Shown: positions 26,901 through 39,569, numbered from the stretch's first letter. The stretch is DNA of 64,000 bases from Phoronis australis (GCA_002633005.1 NMRA01000029.1:105707-169706), one strand, 5' to 3'. Notes: generated by a model from the sequence alone, not told the origin. Numbers and translations: made by a program.

Positions 26901-27182
26901 ACTTTAATTTGAGTGGCACATCAACACAATCAATTACAGCCCGTGTTTTTGTTGTCTGATATGCTCCCGGACCACTAACGAATAATTCCTGATGAGGACC
27001 CCATTGCATGAACCAATACTAACATTTATCCCATTTATCAGTTTGGTCACCTAACCTCCAAATGTTTTATAGCCCGAATGTTAATTTTATATGCCTAACA
27101 CGGTTTCTAGGAAAAATGTTTACGCAACATATCTCCAGATAGGCCATACTGATATGACACTTCTCATAACATTTCGTTTTAG

Positions 27183-27292
27183 GGGCTTCAAACTAACGGG
27201 TCCATTTGTGACAATGATATACAAAATATGCATGGGTGATATGGTGACATTTGGCATAATTTACATAGTCTTTATGTTCTTTTTCGGTCAAG
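27183..27292 (+). CDS. iav: TRPV canonical S4-S5 linker/S5 exon
   Basis: ttttAG / G|gtaaga; 110 nt, phase 2-1; GFKLTGPFVTMIYKICMGDMVTFGIIYIVFMFFFGQ matches the Iav/OSM-9 LTGPFVxMIY...GDMxxFGIIY consensus. Confidence 0.95.
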
Positions 27293-28695
27293 GTAAGACC
27301 ACCATGGTCTGTTGTCCAGTAATTGTCTCCCCTGACTGTGTCAACTTGCCTGCTCTAGTGGTTTAGCTTTCATTGTGAAACGTCGTCACACATTCCCCGT
27401 GCATTAACAACAACTTACTTTGAACTTTATAGCTTAGTGATTTCAACTCTCATAGTAGTGATATATTGTGTAACGTTACACACCCGTGCTATGGAATGAG
27501 TATCCCGATTTCACTGATCGGGTAGTCGATCGGAGATACAGCCATGTTGCTATCAGTTTGACAGTGAAAGCAAGGGGAGAAAGTTGGCAAACCAATGTTA
27601 ATCTAGTCCACTACTCTCATTGTCTGCGTTCATCTGAAAAGCTCACGTACTTCAGCAATTATGTCGTAAACAACGCACATGACGATAACCGATATTTAAA
27701 AATACTAATTCCAAACGACATGCAACAAATGTAAAGAAGATGTGTTTCATATGAAATACTATTAAAAAAATTTGAACGGAGAAAAACGGTTAACTTTCAA
27801 GAAATTAGACTTGCCCCAGCTGATATTCCTTTGTATGGCTGTAAGCTCACACCCGCTTATTACCGCAGCATAGTGTACCAACAGAATAGGCTTGTTAACT
27901 TTGTCAAGTTTACTCAAACGTCATACTAGATTAAATTGTGATGTTGGAAATTTTTTGGTTTTAACAGTACAGGGGATTGTTACCAAACAACCTCCTGTTA
28001 TAATAATGAGAGTGGGCTTACAAAATACAGCAGATGCTATGACTTAAGAGGGTGCTCTTGGAAACTAGTGCTATCACTGAAGAGGTCACCCTCATTTTAA
28101 ATATTACAATGAATAAATAAACTAAGTAATGTTACTTAAAAAAGTTACCTAAAAATGTACCTGAAATTTTAAAATGAATGTACATTCACCAATTTCCTGG
28201 ATTCCCATAAAAAACCTAAGAGTCTCAGCTACGGACAGGAAAAGATGATAAATATAAAATAAAAAGAATTCTGTAAAAACATCACCTCAGAAGTTTACTT
28301 CACGGCTGCACAAAATTTTGTTTTTTGTTAGACCATACGTGTTCTATTATTTAATCCCATGTTCATTGTCCTCTGGAGCGTCAACCAAAAATTTTGTTTT
28401 TACGCTCTTACTTTTTTAGTTTTTTTAATGTTGTCACTGTGTTGTAATGGACTAGTGATTACTGCCATAGATGTACTGTGTCACTGTTAATACCAAATAT
28501 TGTCTTAAAGTTCTCACCATGTCAGTGGAAAGATGTTGCTTTAGAAACTAAATAAAAATTGCAAGTAGTATATTTCCTATTTCAAATTAATTGCATAAAT
28601 TCAAATCAGTGTTCACGATTATTGTACCTAATGTATTCTAAACATATTTCAGAACATTTTTGCACTGTGCTTACCAATTTGGTCTTTTAATTGTT

Positions 28696-30076
28696 TTTTT
28701 AACAATTATTACAGTAATAATAACGAAGTACAAAGACAGAGATCCCCAATGACACATCACGCACACACGCACACATTTCACCGAAAACTCAATTTCACAA
28801 ACCAAAAACATCCAATGTACTTTTCTCATCTGCATTTCTTTTTAAAGAGGAAAAAACAGACCATCTTTGGAGAAATATGTCTCCTAATCCATTTTTACAA
28901 TAATTATATTTTTCGAATGTGAAATAAACTTCCAATTTTTTATTGAAAAGTGTTATAGATGGAGGTTCTACTTTCAGCTTTCCACAGTATATATGGCCAA
29001 AAGAACGATAAAATTCAACAGTTCATTCGCTTTTCCATTTTTACCAAATGTAACAGTTTGGAAATCTATCCATATATCAATGTTTTTGTGTGAATATAAT
29101 TTTCAGCTATTCTTTTCCAAAAAGGCTAACAAAAGGGCAACCCCAAAATAAATGTTCTAAACTTTCACATTAATTCCTACAAAAGGTACATCGGTCAGTT
29201 GGAGAAATACCAATTCGCATTAAAAAGTTATCTGTTGCTGAAACTCTATGTACAATTCTCATCTGAAACCATCTGAGTTTAACACTTGAAGTACAAAAAA
29301 CAGAAGTTTGAAAATATAACTTCCATTTAGTCATTGATCTTGCAAAACCAAAAGTATTCTCCCATTTTTCTAATCCTTTTGGTTTTTGAAACAAAGTTGT
29401 CAAAAAAATACCATATATATATATCACGAGTACCTTTTGAATTTTTCATCAAAATTTGCCAGAGTTGTGGGATAACTAGTTGAGATACTTCTGCACTTGA
29501 AAACGTTATTCTTTTGAAAGTTAATTTCAATCAATTTTTCAATCGTAATAAAGTGTAAAACAAGTTTAAAACCAAATTTGTCTGCAAATCACACCTTTTC
29601 ACTCCAGGTAGGATAAAATATTGGTTTTCCTCCAATTAAAACCTTTGTGTAATGCCATAATGAAAGCCACAGTATCTTTTCATCTTTTTTTACCTCATTT
29701 AATATCGAACCAAACTCAAATATTGAAACAAACACATCCTTCCAAAAAGGATTCCCTGTGGAGTGGGCTACCGTGTTAAAAAAATAATTTCCTCCATCAA
29801 ACATCTTTTCAATGTCAAATTGTCTTAAATTAGCAAAATATCTATCCAGGCCAAATTATTCTGTCCATTTATAATCTTTTTTAACCATGTTACTTTCACC
29901 TCTTTAATAAAGAAAACTAAGTGAACCATGTTGAGACCACAATTTTTATAATTCTGAACCATAAGTCTTACGGAAATTTTCTTCTTTTTTGTTACTCCAA
30001 ACAAACAGAAAAAATTCTCCCCAGTTTGATAAAAACGTCCTTTGGTGATGGGAGACTTAAGAAAAGATGTGTTACC
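28696..30076 (-). mobile_element. 5'-truncated L1/Tx1-type LINE ORF2 3' fragment (decayed)
   Basis: Minus-strand fragments PKVTHLFLSLPSP, NPFWKDVF, LRWFQMRIVHR...DRCTFC and HLFWGCP (zf-RVT region). Short T-run at the left end. TSD-like tttggtcttt(t)aattgtt at 28678-28695 and 30077-30093. Confidence 0.85.
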
Positions 30077-30129
30077 TTTGGTCTTTAATTGTTGCTGTAA
30101 TTAATTGTTGCAACTTTTTATCTTCACAG

Positions 30130-30245
30130 CATTCTTTCTATTGTACAAGGATATTGACAAAACCTCTCATGAAACCATCACCACGTTTCATACAGTTGAT
30201 ACCACCGTCATGTCACTTATTAAGATGACTTTGGGCGACTTCGAT
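30130..30245 (+). CDS. iav: TRPV exon (pore helix/selectivity filter)
   Basis: tcacAG / |gtaagt; AFFLLYKDIDKTSHETITTFHTVDTTVMSLIKMTLGDFD (MTLGD filter). Confidence 0.93.
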
Positions 30246-30353
30246 GTAAGTACATTTTGCATTATAGTTGACCGCTTTGTAGATAAACATTACCATGATT
30301 GCAATAGGTTACGATGTCTCACAAATTTAGGACACGTATGACTGGCATCATAT

Positions 30354-30382
30354 TATACATATACATATACATATAAATATAC

Positions 30383-30428
<46 letters not shown>

Positions 30429-30446
30429 TAATACATACATATATAT
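30354..30446. repeat. (TA)n/(TACA)n microsatellite
   Basis: Direct reading. Confidence 0.9.
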
Positions 30447-30934
30447 TGATACTGCAGGCATTATAGAAACTTCTCAAGTTTTGTGATTTTTTCAGATGAC
30501 AGCAACGGAAATACTGTCACATGTCATGTTGCGTTTGTTGAGCAATACCATTGACGTCAATTGCCAGCAATCGAACTTGAGCCTGAAACTTTCATGAAAC
30601 AGAGCCCAGTTTTTTAAACACTGATGTCTATTATTTAACAGTCCTGGCACTTAGGCTAGCAAACATGGTGACGCAGAGGCCCAATTATCTACTGCGTTTT
30701 CATAGTGTTACTATATTGAAAACAGTGACAGTGCAATTGCTTCACTTCAGGAGCTTCTATCAGTGTTCCGGATAATGACGCGCTATTGTTGCTCACGGTT
30801 ACTGTACTTATCTATGGGAGTAGCGTTGTGTTAGATAAGATTGCGAGAAAAATGACACAAAAATTTCAGACAGCAAAAATTAAAAATCGGCAAGTTTTCC
30901 ACCCTAAAGCAAATTGCCTGATCTGTATTTTCAG

Positions 30935-31096
30935 TACTCCGAGTTCAACAAGACCAAGAACTCCTACATGACTAAACTGGTGTTTACTCTCTTCATGTTT
31001 CTTGTTCCCGTCCTACTCATGAATATGTTGATCGCCATGATGGGTCAGACCTACCAACAGGTCATTGCCAAGTCAGAGAAAGAGTGGCGGCGTCAG
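30935..31096 (+). CDS. iav: TRPV exon (S6 and TRP box)
   Basis: tttcAG / |gtcagt; ...LFMFLVPVLLMNMLIAMMGQTYQQVIAKSEKEWRRQ (NMLIAMM gate motif). Confidence 0.96.
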
Positions 31097-32428
31097 GTCA
31101 GTATGTCTTCCACAGGGTGGGACTCTCCTTTAGCCACTGGCTAGGGTGGGTACGGCAAAGTTTCCTCACAGACGAACAAAAATTGTCAATTTTTCATTTT
31201 TCAAACGCTCACTGTCAGTTGTCAAAAAAGTGTTTGTTGATGACAGCTGGACTACATAAAAGTTTTCAAATAGTCAAGTAAAATTACCTTCTTGTTTATT
31301 CTTGTTGAAAATTTTGATAAAATAAAATTTTAATGTTTCGCCATGTTCTAATTTGATGAAACTTTACCCTATTTTGCCTGCTCAGTTATCATCTCAGGTG
31401 AGTATTTTGACCTTGTGTAATGTATCGCCATGTGTGGGTAAGTGAGAAGTGAAGGTTTTCACCATTTGGTCTTGTATTCACCAAGCAATTATGCTTCGAC
31501 TTTCCCAAAGCTTTTTGGACTGATTTCTCCATTCATCCACTCTGGATTGAATGCGTTCAGATTTAGCAAGTTTAATAAAGAACGTGTTGAACTGAATTTC
31601 TAAATTGAATGTACTTCTTGTGATGCAAAAGTGACAAAAGGCCACACTGTGATCATGAATGAACTCTACAATTTCATTGGTCAGCAATTCACTGCAAACC
31701 CCCTTCAGAAGGAAATCAGTCCCACAACAAATAGTTTCTGCTTGAAAGGGTATAATGCATTTTCAAGAGACAGGTGTTCCAACACTCTGGTCAAATCGAT
31801 GTCAATGTCACCTAATTTTTCATTTATAACAGCAGATGTTATTTTTTATGGATATTATCAGAACTATATTATGCTTATAATATCTCCGGCGGCTAAATTT
31901 ACTGTTACAGAAAATCATGAGATGGTCACTGGCAGTAATTAAAGTTCAAAGTACCACTGTCGTACACGAGAGCGCTATTAGTAAAAAATGAGGTCAATGA
32001 CCTTTAAAACAGATGGTGATACGCATAGAATCACTTAATACGAGTTATTCACTTTCCTTCTACATGAAGCAGTCATCATCGTTCAGCAAACATCTCAAGC
32101 AAAATTTAGCTTTACTTGAAAATCGAGTCAGTGGTGCAGTATTTCTTAGTTGCTCACTTATTCACGTAAGAAAATCCGCACACAACAAGCAAAATAATGT
32201 GGAATTCGTTTTTCACTTATTGCATGGCAAATCATCGCGTTTTAAACTTTGGTTATGTGTCTTTGTGCAGCTTTTCAAAAGAAAATCACAAGACCTTGTC
32301 TCATTGATGCAGGCGATTGTTTTTGCCTTTCTTCTAGTCTGTCAGCCACAGGTCTCAAAATGGGTCTGAGCTAAAGCCAGAATCAACTTTGATCTTTTTG
32401 CCTAATGTGAACTCTATTTCAATTTCAG

Positions 32429-32614
32429 TGGGCCAAGATTGTTATTGTGCTGGAGCGTGCGTTCAAAAGCCAGGAACTTTCGAAGATACAGAGTCAATAC
32501 TCAGTGCCGATTGCGGGTGCAGATAGCTCCGAGGACTTGAGGGGACTCACCGTGATAGCCATGTCAAAGAAAACAAAAGCCAAACAGAAGAAAGGGGCAA
32601 TGGCTAACTGGAAA
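32429..32614 (+). CDS. iav: TRPV exon (TRP helix, proximal C-terminus)
   Basis: tttcAG / |gtaaga; WAKIVIVLERAFKSQELSKIQSQYS...KKTKAKQKKGAMANWK. Confidence 0.92.
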
Positions 32615-33414
32615 GTAAGACAGAGTTACAGTAAATCTAAACAGACTCTTGGTTCACATTCAACAAAGGAAGACTATGTGCTTTTAGATACTCCGAAATC
32701 TACAACTGAAAAAAGGAATTGCCAAAATTGCCCCACTCTTCATTTTTAAGGGGATCAATCATTTTTAACAAAAATGCGTATTGGTAGCTGTGGTAGAGAA
32801 CATGAAAATGGTAAAGTTTTCATTTTTTAGGCTACAAATTAAATTGGTGGAAATTTTACCGTAACGCAATGTTGATTTTTCATCGAGAAAGCTTTTTGAT
32901 ATAATTGGCTTAATTGCTGATAACTTCTGTGGCATGAAAGGGACACATTAACCAAATGTGTTCTTAGCTCTCTAACTTTTCAAAGGAGCAAAAAGATGCA
33001 AAAACTGAATTTAAAGTATTCAACCTGTTCATCTGGCTAATAAACAAAAATCGAATTAACCTTTTTACTCTCATACAAATGGTCTCAGAATATTCCTTAC
33101 CACGACAGGATTTTACATAGTCTTTATTGAAATATATACATATGGCCATACGCCAAAAGTATTTCCATTAACAACCTAAGTCACGGGTAATGTACTTAAT
33201 GCATACATGTATTGCCTGTGACTTGGGTTGGTTACAGAATTGAATAGAATCCTACCATGTTAGGAATGTTAGGAGACCATTGCTATGAGAGTAAAAGGGC
33301 TTATTAACTCGATTTTCATTTTTGACCCAGCTAATCGGGGAGAAATGCAGGGTAATGAATTTTTGAGACGTGCTATAAAAAGATGACACTGATTGTAAAT
33401 TGCCTCATTTCCAG

Positions 33415-34107
33415 TGGATGTACAAAGAGACAAGGAAACGCATAAAGATGGTGCGACAGATTGGAAAGTTTGAGGGAGACATCAATTATTTGGATGTCTT
33501 TGAGTCAGACGAAGCTCATGTGGCTGCAAGGAAACTCAAAAATGGGCGCCCACTTTCGGCAGAGTCTACCACAGACTTTGGCCAGGCAATCTCACAGCTT
33601 GCCTGGGAGAAAGACATTGACTTTGGAACGTTCGAGGAAGTAAGAAAAGAGCTGCAGCGGCGCAAGTCAGTGGCGGCGATGAAGCTGCCAGCCGGCCTGA
33701 CTCCGACAGAGGAACACAAACCACCCAAGATGACACCCCATAGTTCCACTGTTAGTGGTAGGAGGCGGTCCAGTTCCGGAACAGATGAGTTCACTTCACC
33801 ACGAAAACGAGCCATCAAGAATAAGACGAGTAAGTCAAGTCTGAACGAGGACTGGGGTCCTGAGGTCAGCGAGGCGATAAGAGAGCAGGGCATTACTTCT
33901 CCCCCCGTAGTGAATCCATCACCTCCAAGATCTTCAGGTCACAGCTCGTCCTCTAAACGGTCGTCAAAGGTAGCGCCGTTGAGCCCCAGTGTTGAGCGCC
34001 AGGATTCAACTAGCTCGTTCACATCTGTGTTGGAGGCACTTGACAGGAACAAGGAAAAACGTAACTCATCAAATTCAGACGCAAGAACAGAAGAGACTGA
34101 CTTATGA
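33415..34107 (+). CDS. iav: TRPV terminal exon, Ser-rich cytoplasmic tail
   Basis: ttccAG acceptor in phase 0; 230 codons to TGA at 34105-34107. Summed canonical exons are 2568 nt, an intact frame. Confidence 0.85.
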   Translation, partial: WMYKETRKRIKMVRQIGKFEGDINYLDVFESDEAHVAARKLKNGRPLSAESTTDFGQAISQLAWEKDIDFGTFEEVRKELQRRKSVAAMKLPAGLTPTEEHKPPKMTPHSSTVSGRRRSSSGTDEFTSPRKRAIKNKTSKSSLNEDWGPEVSEAIREQGITSPPVVNPSPPRSSGHSSSSKRSSKVAPLSPSVERQDSTSSFTSVLEALDRNKEKRNSSNSDARTEETDL

Positions 34108-34299
34108 ATTATAAATAAGTTCAAGCATAGCAGTTGTTCTTATCCAAAATCTTTTTTATAAGTAGTTTATATTATTGCTCAGTCAGTGGATAAACGATAC
34201 TTAAAATATCGAAAGAGATAACTACCTTTTTGGCGATATATATCCTTTAGCAGAATGCCGATTCTTGATTATCTTGGAAAGACGTTTGTATTAATACTA

Positions 34300-34672
34300 G
34301 ACTACTGTTCGCCCAGCATGTATTCACTATCCATGCAACAATACAAAGTGACGCAAGTGGCTCAGCAAAAGGTCCGTATCTTGATTTTGCCTTCACCGTC
34401 ATTGAGCAAATAGAACGTCCACCACGATATTGAATGCAGTCAGTGTAGGTTGTTTGCGTTTACTGAATGACTGTCTATGCAGGCCTTTTTCTGGACTGTT
34501 TATGTAACTTTCTAATTTAATATGTAAATCACCAACTGGTGTGGAAATATAGGTCACAAACATTTTAAAGTCTGGTCTGATATGGCCAACAGGTGGCGTA
34601 CAGACCAGACTTTGTGATTGTAATTTTCTATTGTTGCATGGATACTAAAAAATACGCTAGGGGGAGTAATTA
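34300..34672. mobile_element. Inverted-repeat element in the probable TRPV 3'UTR
   Basis: Perfect 16-bp IR tatccatgcaacaata (34328-34343) / tattgttgcatggata (34629-34644) with degenerate outer extension. Confidence 0.55.
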
Positions 34673-36635
34673 GAAGGAAAAACATGTTTACAAGGTAACC
34701 AGGGATCTGTACTTTTAGTGAACGTAACATCAAAAATGGCTACTTTCACTTTAATAGCAATAAAGATATTAAAGACATTTGTATGGCTGAGAAAGCAAGT
34801 CCTTGATTCTTTATAATGACTGAGAGAAGCTGTTAGTGAGTCTTATCAAAAGATGATTTAAAACTGTGTGCTTTTTAGAAGACAGCAAAATGTGATAATG
34901 ACATTGCTAAATCTTGGTCATTATCACACTTTTTGGGGTTAGAAACAATATCAACTTCAGTGAATCTCACGAACTGTGTTATATAAGAAGTGTTTAATTT
35001 TTTGGTGTACTACCAGTTATTTCACCAGAGTAGCTGATTTGCACGCTTGAAAGCCTTTTCCTTGAATTGAAAATATTGCGAAATGAAGTTATCTGTGATA
35101 CGTAGTATTTCTGAACTGCATTGCCATATTAAACAGTGGACAAGTATTAAATGTAATTGAATTATGTTATCAATGACTAAGGTCTCCGGACTGTAAATTA
35201 TAAGTTGCCTGTGTTCAAATCTAGTTAGTACATGCAACTATGAACAGGTGTACATAACTATTCAAGGTAATACACAGGCTAAGTACTTTAATTTGCTCTA
35301 TAATTCTTTTAATTCTTATTAAACTTCGACCAACTTATTAATTCAAAGATGACTGGTTTTAAATTTTGAGCTAGAGTTTTAAAATGTAGGCCCGTTGGTA
35401 ATGTATGCAAAATGGTTCGTTCTCAAATTCTTATGTCATATGGTGCATTTAGTGGGTCACAAGTTGCAAGGTACTGCTGAATTTTGGATTTTTATAAATT
35501 CAATTTGCACCAACTATTAGAAGAGATTCACTTTGAATTGTAGGAACACTCGTCAACAAATTCACTTACAGTGCCTTTCCAACCGACTATTAACCAGAAA
35601 TACATTTCCAATGACCTCAAAGACACATGCGGATTCCATTATTGTCGCAAATTGTGACCCTATTAAAAAACTAAAGTATCCCAGTGATTGCATTTTGTCT
35701 TGTGTATAAAATTCACTTTTTAATAAAATATTGTTTGGAACTTGTTTTTCCGTAATCTCTACTGTCTCGAAAAAAAGATACAGTAAATATCAAACAGTTT
35801 GGGCAGTCTATAAAATTTAGGACACCAAAATTCAAACTGAAATTGAATCATGATTCTGAACATTGGAACATACTAGGCCATATTGGATACTGTACTGCAA
35901 TTTGTATAAAGAGAGTCTCAAAATAGACCTGGCAGTTCATAAAATCATTGAAAATAGACTTTAATGCAACTTTTTCATGCATACCATAATGTGTAACATG
36001 GAGGTGAATGATAATTTTTGTTGTTCATAATTCTTGAATTTGTGACGGTCAATGTTGCCTATACCTAAAATTTGGTACCAGCTACAACGTGGAGCAAAAC
36101 GATTTAAATTTTCACTGTTCCATAATAGAGAAGTCTTATCAGTCTTCAAAACTACTGTAGTAAAGTTCAAATGACACTATTCACATCTTCACAAGACATA
36201 ATTTTATGACATGATAGGTATCAAGCAACAACGCATAGTCCATTATGGAGAAACATTACATTTGTCGATGGAAATTATAATTTTATAACCATAGAATTTT
36301 ACAAATTCTAGACAATGGAATACTCTACCTTACCACACATTGAATAGAAATGGCAAGCGATGTTGTCACACATGTCAGAAGTATTTTCATCAAATCTATT
36401 CTTCAGCCAAAATTTTGATTATCAAAGCATGGCTTGCTAAAAATAACCAGTTTCTATCTCATGTTGAAGAAATGAAATGAGATTAGTTTTCAGTCTTTTA
36501 CATGAGCGTCGAGTAACTCCACCGTACGGGCTGATTGTTTTCTTGACATTTTACATCAAGACTTGGGGAGTAGCATCTTGTAAGAACCTTTCTTGAACTT
36601 ATGCTCTGCACTGACTATAGCGCTAATGACCATTG

Positions 36636-36666
36636 TGACGATGATGATGATGACGATGATGATGAC
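36636..36666. repeat. (GAT/GAC)n microsatellite in the DPM3 3' region
   Basis: Direct reading. Confidence 0.85.
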
Positions 36667-36764
36667 AGAACAGACAGCGCACCTCAAATGATAGTCTTCC
36701 TCAACTATCAGTCCTTGCCAACTGGAATGACTGGTCCACCAACTTATGTACATTTATACAACCG

Positions 36765-36815
36765 TCATTCTTTGAAGCCCTTTTTCCTTAAATCTTCCCT
36801 TGCTTGGACAATTTC
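36765..36815 (-). CDS. DPM3: Dolichol-phosphate mannosyltransferase subunit 3, last coding exon
   Basis: On the minus strand, ttttttAG then EIVQAREDLRKKGFKE*, matching the DPM3 C-terminal coiled coil (QIQEARADL...GL type). Confidence 0.9.
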   Translation of the reverse strand, partial: EIVQAREDLRKKGFKE

Positions 36816-38105
36816 CTAAAAAAACAAATATTAAATGTGCAGATGTTGGCAAAGAAGGAAGATGGAGAATATCTTGAAATTTCAAAAAAAAAATCGAAAA
36901 GATAATTTTACGAATAATACTACTATTAGATACAATGAAGGGAACCTACAAGGTAAACAAAAAAGGCCACAGTATGGTAGTTAGTAGATATTAAAGCAAT
37001 TTTTCTCATTTTTTCACAATACAAGTGGCACCAAATTGATGTCTTGCCATGTTTACGTTAAATACCATAGGTATCCTCAAACTACAATTTGAAAATTTGT
37101 GGACAACACTATTAGAAGACCTTGAACAGTGAAAAAAGGTCTATTAACTCTAAGCAAAGACTGGGATTTTACCACAGAATAATACGCACGTTGACCAGAA
37201 GAGGTCTCTAGCAATTGCACCATAGTTTACTACTAGACAAACCTTTGCAGTACTCTGCCTTATTTTGACACGAGAATTAGTAAGCAATGAAATGGAGCTT
37301 TTGCGCCAAAAAATATTGTTGGTGTCAAACATAAGCCAGAAAGTCATGGAACACTTTTGCACCACGCTTTAAACCTACTGGACATTGAGGCAGAATTCTG
37401 TTAAAAATTGAAGCGCAAGTTGGAGATAGTGGAAAAGTAATAATGGATTTACGTAACAATGAAAGGGATATTTTGATATACATTCCAGCAACAAAACCAT
37501 GTTGACGTTCATCATTGTCTATTTTATTTTGAAATCTTGGCTCCCTACACAGGTCATCAAGTGGCATGGCAAAAAGAGGTCCATACCAGCTTGTGAAATT
37601 TTCTGTGCAGTGCAGTAACAACAGTTCATAGTATGAAATAAACATAATTTCTGATTCTGAGCAAAAAATTTTTGCACATAATGTTCTCTTTCTCTGCTGG
37701 CTTTTAATGAATAAATCAGTAACCACAAAATATCCTCAACTGTTTTTGAAAACTACCGTGCATTAAAAAATAACGGAAAATACAGAACAAAATAGCATGA
37801 GGTTGTGTTTTCACCAGTTTCTTGCTTCTGTTCTACACCAAATTCCTTCGAATTTTCTCGAGTTTATTTTGAAAACTACTATGCTACTTCAGAGTCCTCC
37901 CAATGACATCATGTGACCTTTGACCTAGTAACTACAAGTCAGAAAAGATTTTGGGGCGGATCTTGGGTTCAAGCTCCAATCAGTACAGACATCTTTTTGG
38001 GTTTGTACCGACTCACTGAATCACGTGACATGCCCCTGTGCAACTCTGCAGAGGGAGCTACTCCATGCACACAAGAATAATATTGTTACAGTAATATCAC
38101 CCTAC

Positions 38106-38183
38106 CTTCTGCAATTCAACGGCTGCCTCCGTGCAATCATTAAACGTGTACACACGATATCCCAGAACAGCCAATGAATAACA
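38106..38183 (-). CDS. DPM3: DPM3 coding exon 3
   Basis: tttcAG / |gtaggg; CYSLAVLGYRVYTFNDCTEAAVELQK (diagnostic GYRVxTFxDC..AA.ELQ motif). Confidence 0.95.
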
Positions 38184-39088
38184 CTGAAACATATGAACAA
38201 AACAATCAAATCCATATTATTTAGTATGAATATAAACTGGTCTTTGTCGAAACCAGTAATTTTATAAATTGAAAACTCATTGCTGCCCCAGAAAACAATT
38301 GATTTGATTTGGTTCATATACCAGTATGCTAGATGTGATTAGGTTACAGAGCAGTGAGCAATATTTTAAGTCTGACACCTTGCACCTGCTCAACATTAAC
38401 GCAGAACAGTAAGTATCCTCTGAAAATACACCATTTTTGCAGTTTTGTCTTGTATTACAAACGCAAGTCTGGGCAAACCTTTGGAAATAAGACATTGTTC
38501 TGTTGGGAAACCATACAGATGATGCAAAATTGTGTTTCAAAAAGGAGGCCCACAGGTGTGGGCATAAATTTAAGGGTTTGCTTGCTTGCAGAAATTCCCA
38601 GTAATATGTACAGTTAGGGTCTGCTTCAGAAAAGAGTTCTCATGGCCGAATCTGGCGATCTTGTTGAGCAGTCGGGTTAGTTTACAAACAGGCATACCTA
38701 CAGATACAGTACATGCCAAAAGTACTGTCAGAGACAAAATGACTTTCCCAGTCATGACAGCTGGGTGGAAGCCAAATTCTTCCTCGGCAATAGCCCTCCC
38801 TGATGACTAAGAATAAAGGGTGGATGAACAGAAAAGTTAGTAGGGTGGAAAAGTCATTCTGCGATTAAAACTGTGCTGTTGTTCATCTAGTCATAAGCAA
38901 CAGTTCCCCAAACAAATAAGGATGTCAGACCTCTTTAGTCAACTTGTTAACAAAGTTTCCTCCGGATTTGATGCTCTCTTGCAACTGATCTGAATTAATA
39001 CTCCAATGTTTTACCGAACATTATTAGACAATACAATTGATTAACTTTAATAACTTAATTCAAACTAAAACATTAAAAAAGTCCTCAC

Positions 39089-39118
39089 CGCAAACATCAT
39101 CAGCAAATACAGCGGAAA
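39089..39118 (-). CDS. DPM3: DPM3 coding exon 2 (30-nt microexon)
   Basis: tctttcAG / |gtgagg; FPLYLLMMFA fills the LPxYLLVxxG segment; phase 0-0. Confidence 0.85.
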
Positions 39119-39569
39119 CTGAAAGATACAAAAATGTACATGAACTACGAGTATCAAAGTCAGACAATAATCCCACCTAAATTTGTTTCGAAGTTCATGT
39201 TGACTTCTTTAAATTACTAACACCTTTCCTAGATTTATTACATTTGGTTCACAGTTGTTCCGTTTATTTCGTGAAATCAGTGTATTTGCCACCACAGCAG
39301 TCAGCACACATCAAACTCACGCTTAAATTACATCAGGAAGGAAAGACAGAATTGTTCGGCAAAAATTAGGCAAGATCACGTGCCACAAGTGTATGCAATC
39401 GTCTGCATTCTATGTCTACGTTCGTTCAATGGCAGAAGTAAGAGAAGGAATGTACATGTACGGAGACCTGGAATTTTCAGTTTTGACGACCTCTGATTTC
39501 GATTGGTGACCTGGGATTTTTGCCTAGTCGTCAAATACGAATTGGTTAAGCAAAGCACCAAACACTGCA

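Noticed and set aside
33516-34124. Antisense ORFs over the TRPV last exon (also 59786-60118 and 62483-63097 over BRPF exons)
   Set aside because: Shadow ORFs of GC-richer real coding exons.
38570-38806. Signal-peptide-like ORF MTGKVILSLTVLLACTVSVG on the minus strand with apparent splice sites
   Set aside because: The DNA matches a dispersed repeat also present at ~60400-60500 (catcaggg...gcttccacccag...gtcattttgtct...tgtactgta). As a 109-nt exon it would frameshift DPM3.
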